A DNA stretch of 64,000 bases from Amoebidium appalachense (Eukaryota > Protista > Ichthyosporea), in assembly GCA_963693365.1 (NCBI GenBank), contig CAVNZM010000002.1:12022328-12086327 (forward strand), in the 5' to 3' direction. The notes under the pieces were generated by a model. The model made no database searches and was not told where the DNA came from. It saw only the letters and a list, made by a program, of their open reading frames with translations. The position numbers and the translations under genes are program-made. Position 1 is the stretch's first letter. Every line of letters begins with the position of its first letter. Shown piece by piece: positions 1 to 13,300 of the stretch.

Positions 1-80
1 TGTGTCGTGCATCTGTAAGCACATACGCATTTTCTGCTGCACTGCATTAGTTTGCACACACATATTCACCGTTTTGCTCA

Positions 81-347
81 CCTTGCTTGCATAAGCAACC
101 CTGCTCGTCTTTGATCAAGACGGGTTGACCCTCCCAAGTTCAGTTGGTGCTGCTGTCTGAGTTGGAGAGTCGTATATACGCGGGCTAAGGGGTCGAAACT
201 CAGACGCAATTGATGACTTGGGCCCTCCCTGAGGATGGGCTCTGCTTATGACGCATACTGTGCGCATGGCTGATGTTGCATACTTGAATGTTTGCCTGTG
301 CATGTGTCCTTCGTGTATGCGTACTTCGTACCTTGTTCCGCATTCAA
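81..347 (+). ncRNA. Candidate structured RNA, copy 1 (unknown family)
   Basis: Diverged duplicate of 924-1172. Stems: cataagca 90-97/tgcttatg 243-250; ctcgtct 104-110/agacggg 118-124; gtctgagtt 155-163/aactcagac 197-205. Pseudoknot gaccct 127-132/ggggtc 189-194. Strand inferred from G-U pairs and host-gene orientation. Confidence 0.6.
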
Positions 348-923
348 ACCCCCCCTCCTCCCCCGGGGATAGGGTAGGAATAAGCCCAATCTCGACTACG
401 TCCCAACCCTCTCTGCCATTCCCTTGCTGCACTCGATTACTTCTCTCCTGGAATCACCCATATGAAAAAAAAGACTCTGCCAGCTACCTCCGTTACTAGT
501 TCAGATCCCTCGTTCTGTTCATTCACTTCTGCTTTGCCTTGCTGCCCTCTTGGTGCATATATCCCCCCTTCCCCCCCCCCCCCCCCTCTCCCCCCCCCCC
601 CCCCCCCCCCAAACAAATTACCACACACTCACCTCCCCCCTTTCTCCCCCATAGCTTTCCGTTCGAAGACGATAAAGTTCCGCCCTAGTAAGCGTGTTAC
701 TACCCTGCGGCGTGGGTCAAATCTCATATTTTCCCCTCTGATTGCGAATTCTGCGGCCTTCGGGACTTAATTCTTTTCAGCTGGTGTAGTATGTTAGCCA
801 GGGAAGTATCGACTTAGGTATCGACGGGGGAGCTTCCTAGAAGCCCCGTCTCCTGAGTTCCTATCTATATTTTTCTTGCTTCTGCTTACTGCTGCAACTT
901 TAACCCCCGGCCTTTCCCACTGC

Positions 924-1172
924 CCTTGCCTGCATAAGCAACCCTGCTCGTCTCTGATCAAGACGGGTGACCTACTCATGTTCAAGTGAAACAGTATCTG
1001 AGTTGGGTTTCGTTAACGAGGGGAATAGGTCGAAACTCGGGTACTGTGGATGACGTGGGCCCCCCCTGAGGATGGGCTCTGCTTATTATGCATACTCTTT
1101 ATGTATGGCTTGCATTCTGCATCGTGTTATCCGTTTGTTCTTGTGTACTTCGTACTTTTTGACGCATTCAAA
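924..1172 (+). ncRNA. Candidate structured RNA, copy 2 (unknown family)
   Basis: Same motif order as 81-347. 14-bp stem acagtatctgagtt 991-1004/aactcgggtactgt 1034-1047. Pseudoknot gaccta 969-974/taggtc 1026-1031. Closing stem ataagca 934-940/tgcttat 1080-1086. Confidence 0.6.
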
Positions 1173-1212
1173 AACCCCCCTTTCTCCCCCCCTTACCCCC
1201 CCCCCCCCCCTC

Positions 1213-1246
<34 letters not shown>

Positions 1247-1376
1247 CCACTCCTCCAACCTCCCCTCTTCTCACCCCCCTCCTCCCCCCACCCCAATATC
1301 GAGTCAGGCTGCTCATTAGTGTTACCGGAATGCCGTTTGTGCTAACATGACCTCATGACTTTCATCCAATCACCAG

Positions 1377-3757
<2,381 letters not shown>

Positions 3758-4550
3758 ACCCCTGGCGAATTTTCGTAACGAGATCGTGATATATTTATAT
3801 CTACAGTGATAGATTTACAGGATGACGTGGGTATGAGGATTGTTCGAAATGATACTAAGTTGTGATATGTCTATAACGATAGCTTTGCATTTTGTGATGA
3901 GTGTGTTGGTATTCGAGATTCTGCCATGGTTATATTTATATCTAGCGGTAAGTGTACATATAATTGGAAATCGTTCGTGTTATATTCAAAAAGTTATTCT
4001 TTTTAATTGTGTGAAGTGCAATCGTAGGCAGTATATATAGTAGGCCACGTGTATAGAGGTGCATCGTCTCCGGGCACGATTGTATCGGCCCAAACCAAGA
4101 GTTCGACCGATAAAATGGGGCATGTGCTGATGAAAGTGGGTGTGATGTATGTGTGTACACTTCTGTTCACAATTGTTTTTTTTGTTTGTTTGTTTGTTTG
4201 TTTGTTTGACTCAATCTCTCTCTCCCTCTTTCTTCCCCCCTGCCCCTCCCCCCCCCCCCCCCCCCTTTTTTTTTTTTTTTTTTTCCTTTTCCCTTTTCAG
4301 TGATGGTGACGGTGTGTTGAGGTGGTGGTGGTGTGTGTGGGTGGGTGGGTGGGGGGGGGGGGGGGGGGGGGGGGGGGGTTTGTATGTATGCACTGGTGTC
4401 TTTTGGCCGTGCCCTTCGGTGCCCAGTCAAGACATAAGAAGTACTCAGGACAAAGGTTACTTGCAGCCTTGTCGTTTTTCCTTCATTCGGCTTTGTAGCT
4501 CTTCCCATACACGTGACTACCTGCACACTCACGTGTGTGCAATCCTCTGC

Positions 4551-4584
<34 letters not shown>

Positions 4585-5131
4585 ACCCCCCACCCCCCCT
4601 ACGCCCCTCCCCCCCCCCCCCCCCCTCCCTCCCCTCCCCTCCCAACCCTCAAACCCCCCTTCCCCTCAACAAGAAAAGGTGCACACACACACACATACAC
4701 ACACACAAACACGCGCGCGCGTGCGCGCGGGGACACCCTGGGCCAAACCACATTCGCACGCACACACACATACGCACGCACGCACACGCACACAAGCCCG
4801 CACGGACACACACGCACACACAGGCACGCACGGCTGTGTTTCGAGCTGTGTTTCGAGCACGCGCACACACACATACCGATAAATGATGTGCACCTGGTTG
4901 TTTATGCAGTAGCGCGTGTTCATGGGTCATGATCATGCGCATTGTACCGCCACCAGCAAACTTTTGAACACCCAATGCGGCTGAAAAACAGTCAGTGATT
5001 CTCAATAATGTGTTACATTCGCCGATTGCTGGCTTCAGGTTGCATGCATACCTTTAGCTAGTGATAGCACGTTCCCACATGTCCAAAGGGGGGGAAAAGT
5101 GATAAGGAAAGAACACGTGTGTGTACGTGCG

Positions 5132-5166
<35 letters not shown>

Positions 5167-5170
5167 CTGT

Positions 5171-5209
<39 letters not shown>

Positions 5210-5260
5210 TGTGTGTGTGTGTGTGTGTGTCTGTGTGTGTGTGTCTGTGTGTGTCTGTGT

Positions 5261-5385
<125 letters not shown>

Positions 5386-5415
5386 TCGGTTAAGCTGGCC
5401 CAGGGTGGGTGGTGT

Positions 5416-5466
<51 letters not shown>

Positions 5467-6098
5467 TTAATTACAAGTTATGCAGGCCAAATCACCGGCA
5501 ATGCCCAGTACTGTAAAGGTTACAGTTCATGAAATATATATGTACATAGGCTTTGATAACTTTATTTCGGTGACTAAGGAATCCGCGACAAACTGTACGG
5601 CCCGGGGGTTGAATTTGCCCGATTGAAGAGTGATGATTTTTTTCTGCAAATAACGCAACTAGGTCAAAAATAACCGTCCATTGCATTCGTTATTTCATAA
5701 CAAACACGGAAGCAGACCACTGCCTGTGACATGTTATGTTATGCCATTCTCCAATAACTATATGGGTAACCAGTAAGGTAATAGTTGCAGGCCTCGCCGA
5801 TGCAATTTTTTTTTAAAGTTAAATGTATACTGCCCCGAGAGATCCCCGATGACTCGGATGTTCGCAATAATATTTATCATTCACGTCCAGGGCTAGCCAC
5901 TGATAATAGAGCTAACGTCCACTTCAGGGGAGCATATAAAATAAAATTGAAAAACTAGACATAAAATGTGTTGTGATACGACGCCACCTGGCAGTCTCTT
6001 AGTCAAGTTTTCATAGGGGCTTCCCTTCTAGGGCAATTGCGATTGGGAAAACTTTGAGGGGCCAAAAAAAAAAAAAAGAAAAAAAAAAAGGGATGAAT

Positions 6099-6817
6099 TC
6101 AATGCCACCGGCAGCGCCCAGCCACATTCCTACACGCATGGCCATCTTTACAAGTTGCCCCACAAAGCTGTGGTCCTGGGTTGTCGTCTGAATCGTCAGA
6201 GTCATATGACCCATTGTAGCTCCCGCCGTACATTGAACCATTCCCCACGCTTGGTGCAAAACTAATGTTGCTGTTGAAAGACTGCTGGAATGGGGAGGTG
6301 TAGGAGGCCTGCTGGTGGTGGTTTTCGCAAGGGTTGGGTGACATTCTACGTTGCATTTCCGAAATGAATGGAATTTGTCCCATGAAATCCTCCTGTTCTC
6401 TCCGTCTCTGTTCCGCCTCCAACCGCGTTTGCTGCTCAAATCTACGGGTCTCTTCCTGGTATCTCCTCCTCTCCTCTTCGATCGCTCGTTCTTTTTCTGC
6501 TTCTATTTTCCGTCTCTCTTTTTCGATTTTCCTCTGCTACGTAGTCTTGGCGTTCCTTCTTCAATTTCGCTTCCTCGTCCTTTTTCGTTTTGATCGCCCT
6601 GTCGTTGCGGGACTTTAACTCCTTCCACCATCTCCTCCGTCTTAACCCACAAAGCTAACTCGGGAACCACTGATTCCTTTTTAGCCGTGAATAACTTGTC
6701 CGTTTTGGCGTCCACCGAGTCCCATTCTCCTACAAATGTATTCTTTGGAACCCGCTTGCACACGTCCATGTATACTTCCTTTAAGTCTTCCTCCACTGGT
6801 AACGGTAGGCCAGGGGC
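6099..6817 (-). pseudogene. 3' part of the GBP/atlastin-like GTPase gene: coiled coil, low-complexity linker and C-terminal Cys/His motif
   Basis: Removing 6818-18485 joins ...RVDADI (ends 18486) in frame to APGLPLPVEEDLKEVY (starts 6817). E/R/K-rich coiled-coil sequence with frameshifts, ending CGATCKDGHACRNVAGRCRWH*. Confidence 0.7.
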
Positions 6818-7514
6818 TCTATGAAAACTACTCCGGGACGTGTGTTGCCTCTAGGGGGACATCCCCTTGGACGAAAGTGAACCTGCAATGGTTGTAAACC
6901 ACGGGGTTTACACACTTTTTATTGCGTGGACATTGCCGGAGGCCCAGCCACATTCGACAGGCCCCCAGTCATCAATTTATTGATCCGTGAGGTCCTTGTG
7001 CCCAAAAAACGGGGGAAGTCTTCGCCCCGTGAAAAAACAGCACGTATGTGGGGATCAATGGGGGTTGAGTGTAGGGTGTAGGTGGGTGGGTGAAAAAGAA
7101 AATATAGCTGTAAAGCTGTAGGTGCTAAACACAGAAGATGTGTTGTTGCTTGCTGATCTGCTAAAAACTGTCGTGCTTATATACCTGAGGCTACCGAACT
7201 GAGCCAATCAAAACCGATCTAGTGTTATGTGAAATCTTATCCTGAGCCAATCAAACTCGGTCTAGTGATCTGTGGAATCTGATTTTTTGATCGGCTAATA
7301 GGTGCCAGTATGCGGGCAGCCGAACGCGAACTGCTAAAACATGAAACGAAGCCTGTTGATATCGGACACCCATCCTACGTGTTTACCCAGAAAAATATTT
7401 ATGTCAATAATTTCCACAAATAAAACCTCTATGAAAACTACTCCGGGACGTGTGTTGCCTCTAGGGGGACATCCCCTTGGACGAAAGTGAACCTGCAATG
7501 GTTGTAAACCACGG
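6818..7514 (-). repeat. Split direct repeats B2 (6818-6904), A2 (7090-7427) and B1 (7428-7514) of copy 1
   Basis: B1 and B2 are identical over about 87 bp. A2 and A1 are both 338 bp, with one substitution seen. Confidence 0.92.
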
Positions 7515-7544
7515 CACGAGAGCAGTATGCTTGCTCCAAAGGTT

Positions 7545-7667
7545 TCACTTAAGAATAGAGGCGAATACACGTGTGGTAGTGGCAGCAATGGAGGCCGGAC
7601 GAAGTCGGGTATAGATCAGGAAACAGTCGGAGGACCACCTGCCGAGTTTGTTTGATCCGGGAGTCGT
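7545..7667 (-). pseudogene. C-terminal remnant of tyrosine recombinase (about 40 codons)
   Basis: Reverse complement matches about 55807-55930 (DSRIKQLGRWSSDCFLIYTRL...ILK*). It abuts the RNase H stop codon. Confidence 0.85.
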
Positions 7668-7670
7668 GGG

Positions 7671-8756
7671 TTAGCCCAAGGGAAGGGATAGGAACTCGTG
7701 GACCCAGGAGGGGAAGGGGCAGGGCTCCGGTTGCAGGGAAGGTCGGAGTCGTCGGGCCCGGGGAAGTTGGTTACGAGAAATGGCATCGGCCAGATGGTTG
7801 AGGGGTCCTGGTAGGTAGGATGCCTGTAACGTAAATTGGTATTGCATTTCCATGCGGGTGATGAACCGAATAAGTTTGGCCATCACGGGGTGGGGGGAAG
7901 ACCGGGAGTGCAGGTCAGACACAGCACCCGTGTTGTCGCATAAAATACGGACATGGTGGGTGGACCAGGAGGGGGCCCAGAGGGCCACGGCGGCTGCGAT
8001 GGCCAGGAGTTCGATGACGGAAGAACCGAGTTTACCCTCATGAGCATAGGGGGCTTGGGTGGAGGGGGACCAGGGCATGAAAAACCATTGGTCGAGCCAG
8101 TGGCCTCCTAGACCCACCGATCCGGCAGCATCGGTGGCCAGGGTGGTGTATGTGGGGGGTGTGATGAGGTGCACCCCATTCCATGATGTGAGGAACTGGT
8201 GCCATTCGGTTATGTCGGCCCGGGCGGCAGCAGTCAGTCGTATGTGGTGGTGGCCGGCAAGGTGTGGGTGGGTCCGGAGAAGGGCCCATAGGCGCTGGGA
8301 GAAGGCCCGCCCGGGGGGAACCAGCTGGGCACACCAGGTGAGTTTGCCGAGGAGGGACTGGAGGTCCCGAATGGTGATGGTGGGCTTTGGGTGGGAAGTG
8401 AGGTCGAGTAGGTCCGAGAGCTTGGAAGCCGGGATTCGTGCCTCCATGGCGATGGAGTCGAATTCGATACCGATGAAGACGACACGGGTAGCCGGGCCCT
8501 GCATCTTGTCTTCGGAGATGGCAATGTGCAGCTCTCGGCAGAGTTGCAGGAAGGTGGATAGGTGACGTTGGCACTGCTCTTGTGTGGGGGCGACTATAAT
8601 CCAGTCGTCTACGTAGTGGCGGATGAGGGCAATATCGTGCTGGTGTGCCAGCCACTGTAGGGTGGCCGCGATCCGTTCCCAGATGGCTGGGCTAGATTTC
8701 AGGCCGAAGGGCAGTCTGGTTTCAACGTAAAAATGCCCCAGCCATTTGAATGCCAT
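7671..8756 (-). CDS. DIRS/Ngaro-type reverse transcriptase (C-terminal part) and RNase H
   Basis: Motifs RLPFGLKSSP, HYVDD, FIGIEFD, LQSLLGKL, ATDAAG, IELLAI, CDN and NHLADAISR. Confidence 0.92.
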   Translation of the reverse strand: MAFKWLGHFYVETRLPFGLKSSPAIWERIAATLQWLAHQHDIALIRHYVDDWIIVAPTQEQCQRHLSTFLQLCRELHIAISEDKMQGPATRVVFIGIEFDSIAMEARIPASKLSDLLDLTSHPKPTITIRDLQSLLGKLTWCAQLVPPGRAFSQRLWALLRTHPHLAGHHHIRLTAAARADITEWHQFLTSWNGVHLITPPTYTTLATDAAGSVGLGGHWLDQWFFMPWSPSTQAPYAHEGKLGSSVIELLAIAAAVALWAPSWSTHHVRILCDNTGAVSDLHSRSSPHPVMAKLIRFITRMEMQYQFTLQASYLPGPLNHLADAISRNQLPRARRLRPSLQPEPCPFPSWVHEFLSLPLG

Positions 8757-8760
8757 TAAG

Positions 8761-9505
8761 TGTTGTTTTGTACGGGTCTAAGGGAGCAGAGTGCACAGAG
8801 GTGTCATGTAAAAACACGACTAACACATTAATGAGAGGGCAATCGGAGTTGTTCACGAGACATTGAAAGATTTCAAACAACAACTGAATCTTTATTGTGC
8901 TCTCGGTTCCTTTTGTACTTGCGACTTATCACCTTATCACAACTAAAGAGGGAGAACCAATCGGTTCTATCAGAAGATAGAAAAACACATTCCGACAGAG
9001 CATACGCATTCCAACTTCCGATTAAACTAAAGTGTAGAAACTCTTACTTAAATAAATTAAGTAATTATACATCTAGTCACTATTAACTCACATATATATT
9101 TATGTTCGTCTCTATAAAGAAACTTATTTAAATACATATATTTCCTAACAGTCGACACTCTCAAAGTGAAGACACTTTGCAATAAACCGAATTCCATATA
9201 TATCTATTGTCCAATCACAACACACATATATTAACAGACAGGAATGCACAACACAATCTACAGATGTACTCGCTCGCGACTATTGGCGAGCCATCCTTTT
9301 GAGAACAAACTAGGCCATTTTGAAATAAAGGAAAGACAACGAGTGAGGCTAGCCAATCACGCTACCTCTCAGATAAACAGAGGAGAGCAAATAGAAATAA
9401 AACACAATAAGTTCTTATCAGGCAAGAGAGCCAGGTGTGCACAGATCTACAGATATCTGTGCCCACAGAAACAAGGGAGAGAGAGATACGGGGGGGGGGG
9501 GGGGG

Positions 9506-9547
<42 letters not shown>

Positions 9548-9677
9548 GAGAGAGGGAGAGAGAGAGAGAGAGGGAGAGAGAGAGCACAAAGGAGGAAAGC
9601 AGACACGAATACAAACAAGCTAGGACACATACATACTTCAAGGCTCTTGCTGTCATACATGGTGACGTATTCCAACA
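8761..9677 (-). repeat. 3' LTR of copia element (917 bp)
   Basis: Matches 14938-15866 except in the (GA)n tract. Adjacent PPT-like gagtgggga at 9678-9686 on the minus strand. Confidence 0.95.
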
Positions 9678-10395
9678 TCCCCACTCAAGGGGTTGAAGTT
9701 TGTGTTCTCGTGTCTGTTGATGTGACGGTAGATGGGGTCCAAACACAGGAGGGGCCGTCACACTCAAGTTTCCCCACTCGAGGATGCAAACCGAAGATCC
9801 TTGAGGTGGGAAGGAGAGAATCAAAACTGAAGAGGCACACAACGACGGTTGCCTCTGAAGACTCGAAATAAGAAATCATGGTGGTTATCGGCGATATATA
9901 TATATAGATAGGAAACACTAGTGTATGTGTGACGTGTTGGTGGCTAATGGTTTATACTGGGGACCACCCAGGTAAACACAAGACATGAACATCTTGTGGA
10001 CTGATTTATAGACTGGTGGTCAACCAGTTAAGACACGGGGAAGGTGCATCCCGTGGACTAGGTTTAGACTGGCAGTCAACCAGCACGTCATGGCTATAGA
10101 TAATTATTTATACTGGGACGCCATCCCAGTTCGACATATATATAAGTCGAATATAGAAGAAAACCAATATATATGGTGGGATATGAATATAAATAAACGA
10201 CGGATGGTGGAGAATAATCCCCACTGAAGATGCACACATATGACGATGGAAGACTGAGTCCCCACTGATGAAGAGAAACGATGAGGAGTAGTAGACTTTC
10301 GTTGGGAGGCATCTTGATCACCGTAGGTGTGTCAACTGCTGTCCAGGGCCCCAACCTACTCAGAAACCACTCGATGATGAACACCAGTGCACGGG

Positions 10396-13300
10396 TCAGT
10401 CACGGAGACTGAGGTTGGCACGGTGTGTGTCGTGGGCCGTACCAGCCAGAGGCTTGGTGAAGATGTCGGCCAGGTTCTTCTTGGTGTCGATGTAGGTGAC
10501 AGTGACGTCCCCACTGTTGATGTAGTCCTTTGTGTTGAAGTAACGAACGGCAATGTGCTTGGTCCGGTGCTTGATGGTGTTGGAGTGGACCAGAGCAATG
10601 GTGGACTGATTGTCACAGTACACGGGGGTGGGCTCGGTCATGGGGTAGCCCAGCTCCTTTAGTAGATCACGGTGCCAGACAACATCTTGCACGGCAGCAT
10701 TGAGGGCCAGGAGCTCGGCCTCACACGTGGAGGTTGCAGTGATCGTCTGCAGCTTGGAGTGGTAGGTGACGGGGGAGCCTTCGAGGAGGATGACGTACCC
10801 AGACGTGGAACGACGGGTGGTGGGGCAACCAGCAAAGTCAGAATCCGAGTAGCACTCAAGGATGGGCACCTTGCTGTTGGGGGCCTTCTTCTTGTAGTAG
10901 AGGCCGAGGTTGATGGTGCCGAGCAGGTAACGAACGACACGGAGGAGAAGCTCCCAGGCAGTCTTGGTGGGCTTGGAGCTGAATCGGCCGAGGTAGCCAA
11001 TGGCATACGAGATGTCAGGCCGGGAGCACCGAGCAACCCACAGCAGACGGCCGAGGAGTTCACGGTAGGGGACGGTGGTGGGCAGGGATGAGTGGGAGGT
11101 CTCGTTGATGATGGTGCCCACGGGAATAGGGGTGGCCTTAGGCTTGGCATCGACCAGGTTGAAGTCGGTGATGATGTCCTTGATGTAGGAGGACTGCAGC
11201 AGCTTGAGGGAGTCACGGGTGTACAGCAGTTGGGTGCCGAGGAAGATGTCTGGCAGACCGACCTTGCACTCGGCAGACTTCGTGATGTGACGAACAAGCC
11301 CCTGCATGATGGTGGAGTTCCGTGTGCAGGTGATGATGGCATCATCAACGTAGTTGCCCGAACGGATGATGTGCCCGTTGGGGAACTGACGGAAGTAGAC
11401 ACACGGATCGGAACGGAGACGGGTGAGGCCGTGGGCAATGAGAATGGAGTTGAAGAACTCGTACCATGCCAGGGATGCCTGCTTGAGTCCGTAGATGGCC
11501 TTCTTGAGTTTCCAGACTTTGTGTTCATTGCCAGGGAGGATAAAACCAGGAGGTTGCTCCATGTACAAAGTCTCGTCGAGGGGGCTGTTGAGGAAGGCCG
11601 TGCTGATGTCGAGTTGATGGATCTCGTGGTCCTGTTGCACACCGAGGGCAAGCAGGGCACGGACGGAGGAGGACATGACGACGGGGGAAGAGTTTTCACC
11701 GTAGTCAACACCGTAGACTTGGGTGAAACCCTTGGCCACACCACGACCCTTGATCTTGGTGTCACCAGCAGAGTTGAGGACCTTCTCCGTGACAATCCAC
11801 TTGAATCGGATGATGTTGGCATCGGAGGGGGGCTCAACTACGTCGAAGATGTCCTTGTCGATGAAAGCCTTGTACTCGGCAGTGAGGGCAGTCACCACTT
11901 CATCACCCTTGGTGCCAGAGCACAGCTTCTGAATTGACCGGGGCAGCTGAGACACATCAAGGCTGGGTCGGGAGATGCTCACCATAGCCATAGCAGGCCG
12001 GGAGGAGAGACGGGAGGAACGACGGGGAACGGTACGGAGGGGCTCAGGGGCCGGGGGGTTGTCTGTGACAGACACTCGGTGGTCGGGGATGGGGGCCTGG
12101 AAGCCAGGGATGGGTGCCGTGTTGAGGGGGGAGTCGGATAACACGGGGCTGGACGGGGCCGAGTGGAACTCCGGAGACCCAGGACGAACCGGGGTGAGAT
12201 GACCAGGTACGTGGTCATTGACGGCAGGGGCCGGCAGCAGGGGTTGCTGACCGGTGGGGGGGGGGGGTGGGTGGAGCCACGGGGGCAGGTACACGACGGG
12301 GGGAACGACGGATAATCACCGACGGAATTTCATCGTCATCGGAATTGGAATTTCCGGAATGCAGGGATGAATCGATTGAGGTCGTCTGATTGGTGGCCTG
12401 CACAGAAATCTGATTGGATGCCGTGGTGAATTGTGATTCGTCGAAGACGACATCGCGGTAGAGGTTGACCGTGTTGCCACGTAGATTCATGATCTTGTGG
12501 GCTTTGTTGGTGATATCCCAGCCCACGTAGGTGCCGAGTTTGACGGTAGAGGCCAACTTGTCTCGTTTGGATGCAGGGACGTGTACATAGGCTGGGCAGC
12601 CGAACACGTGCAGGTGGGAGATGTCAGGCTTGACACCGTAGAAAATTTCAAACGGTGTACGGCCATTGGCAGCTCTGGCCGGGGTCACGTTGATGATGTA
12701 GGCAGCATGCTTGAGAGCAGCTCCCCACAGTTTGGGGGAAAGGGAGTCGGCCTTGTCCTGATGAAGGAAGCACCGAACGATCTCCTGCAGATCCCTCATC
12801 TTACGTTCAACGAAGCCGTTGAGTTGGGGGCAGTCAACCGGGGCAAATTCTTGAATGATGCCCTTGGACTGGCAGTACTGCTCCATAGCGTGGGAGGTGA
12901 ACTCGGACCCAGAGTCTGAACGGAAGTGGGTCACCACCTTGTCGGGTTGCTTGTCAGTAGTCTCAACCAGGGCCTTGACGTATTCGAGAGTTTCGGATCG
13001 ATCACGGAGGAGGTACACGATGGTGTAGCCGGAGGCATCACAGGTACACACGAGGGCCACCTTGTAGCCACCATAGGAGGCACAGGGAGGCTCGAAGAAG
13101 TCCATGTGCCACTTGGCACCGGGGAAGGGGCACTGGGTTCTGGTGCCGGAGAATGGGGCCTTGGTGGTCTTGCCGGAGACACAACCGAAGCAGTCAGTGG
13201 TGTCAGCCACTGAGAGGGATGAGGGGAGGCCTGTCACGAGGTCACCTCTCACCATCTTGGTGAGGGTGGACAGGGCACGATGGCCGAGACGGTGGTGCCA

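Noticed and set aside
96-103. Telomerase RNA (AACCCU next to a pseudoknot)
   Set aside because: Only one 6-nt permuted repeat with no alignment extension (caaccctg), too short for a TTAGGG template.
190-240. Hammerhead ribozyme (CUGAGGA and GAAAC present in both RNA copies)
   Set aside because: Stems I-III and the UH cleavage site cannot be formed in the required topology.
749-800. U2 snRNA-like words (cggcctt, gtgtagta)
   Set aside because: The spacing, stem I and the downstream U2 sequence do not match.
7334-7588. 84-aa ORF repeated at 55887-56141, and LTR ORFs 8895-9086/15072-15263
   Set aside because: The identity simply reflects repeat duplication. There are no protein motifs.
12250-12270. 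Programmed frameshift between copia integrase and RT
   Set aside because: It lies in a C homopolymer, copia pol is normally one frame, and similar indels occur throughout the window.
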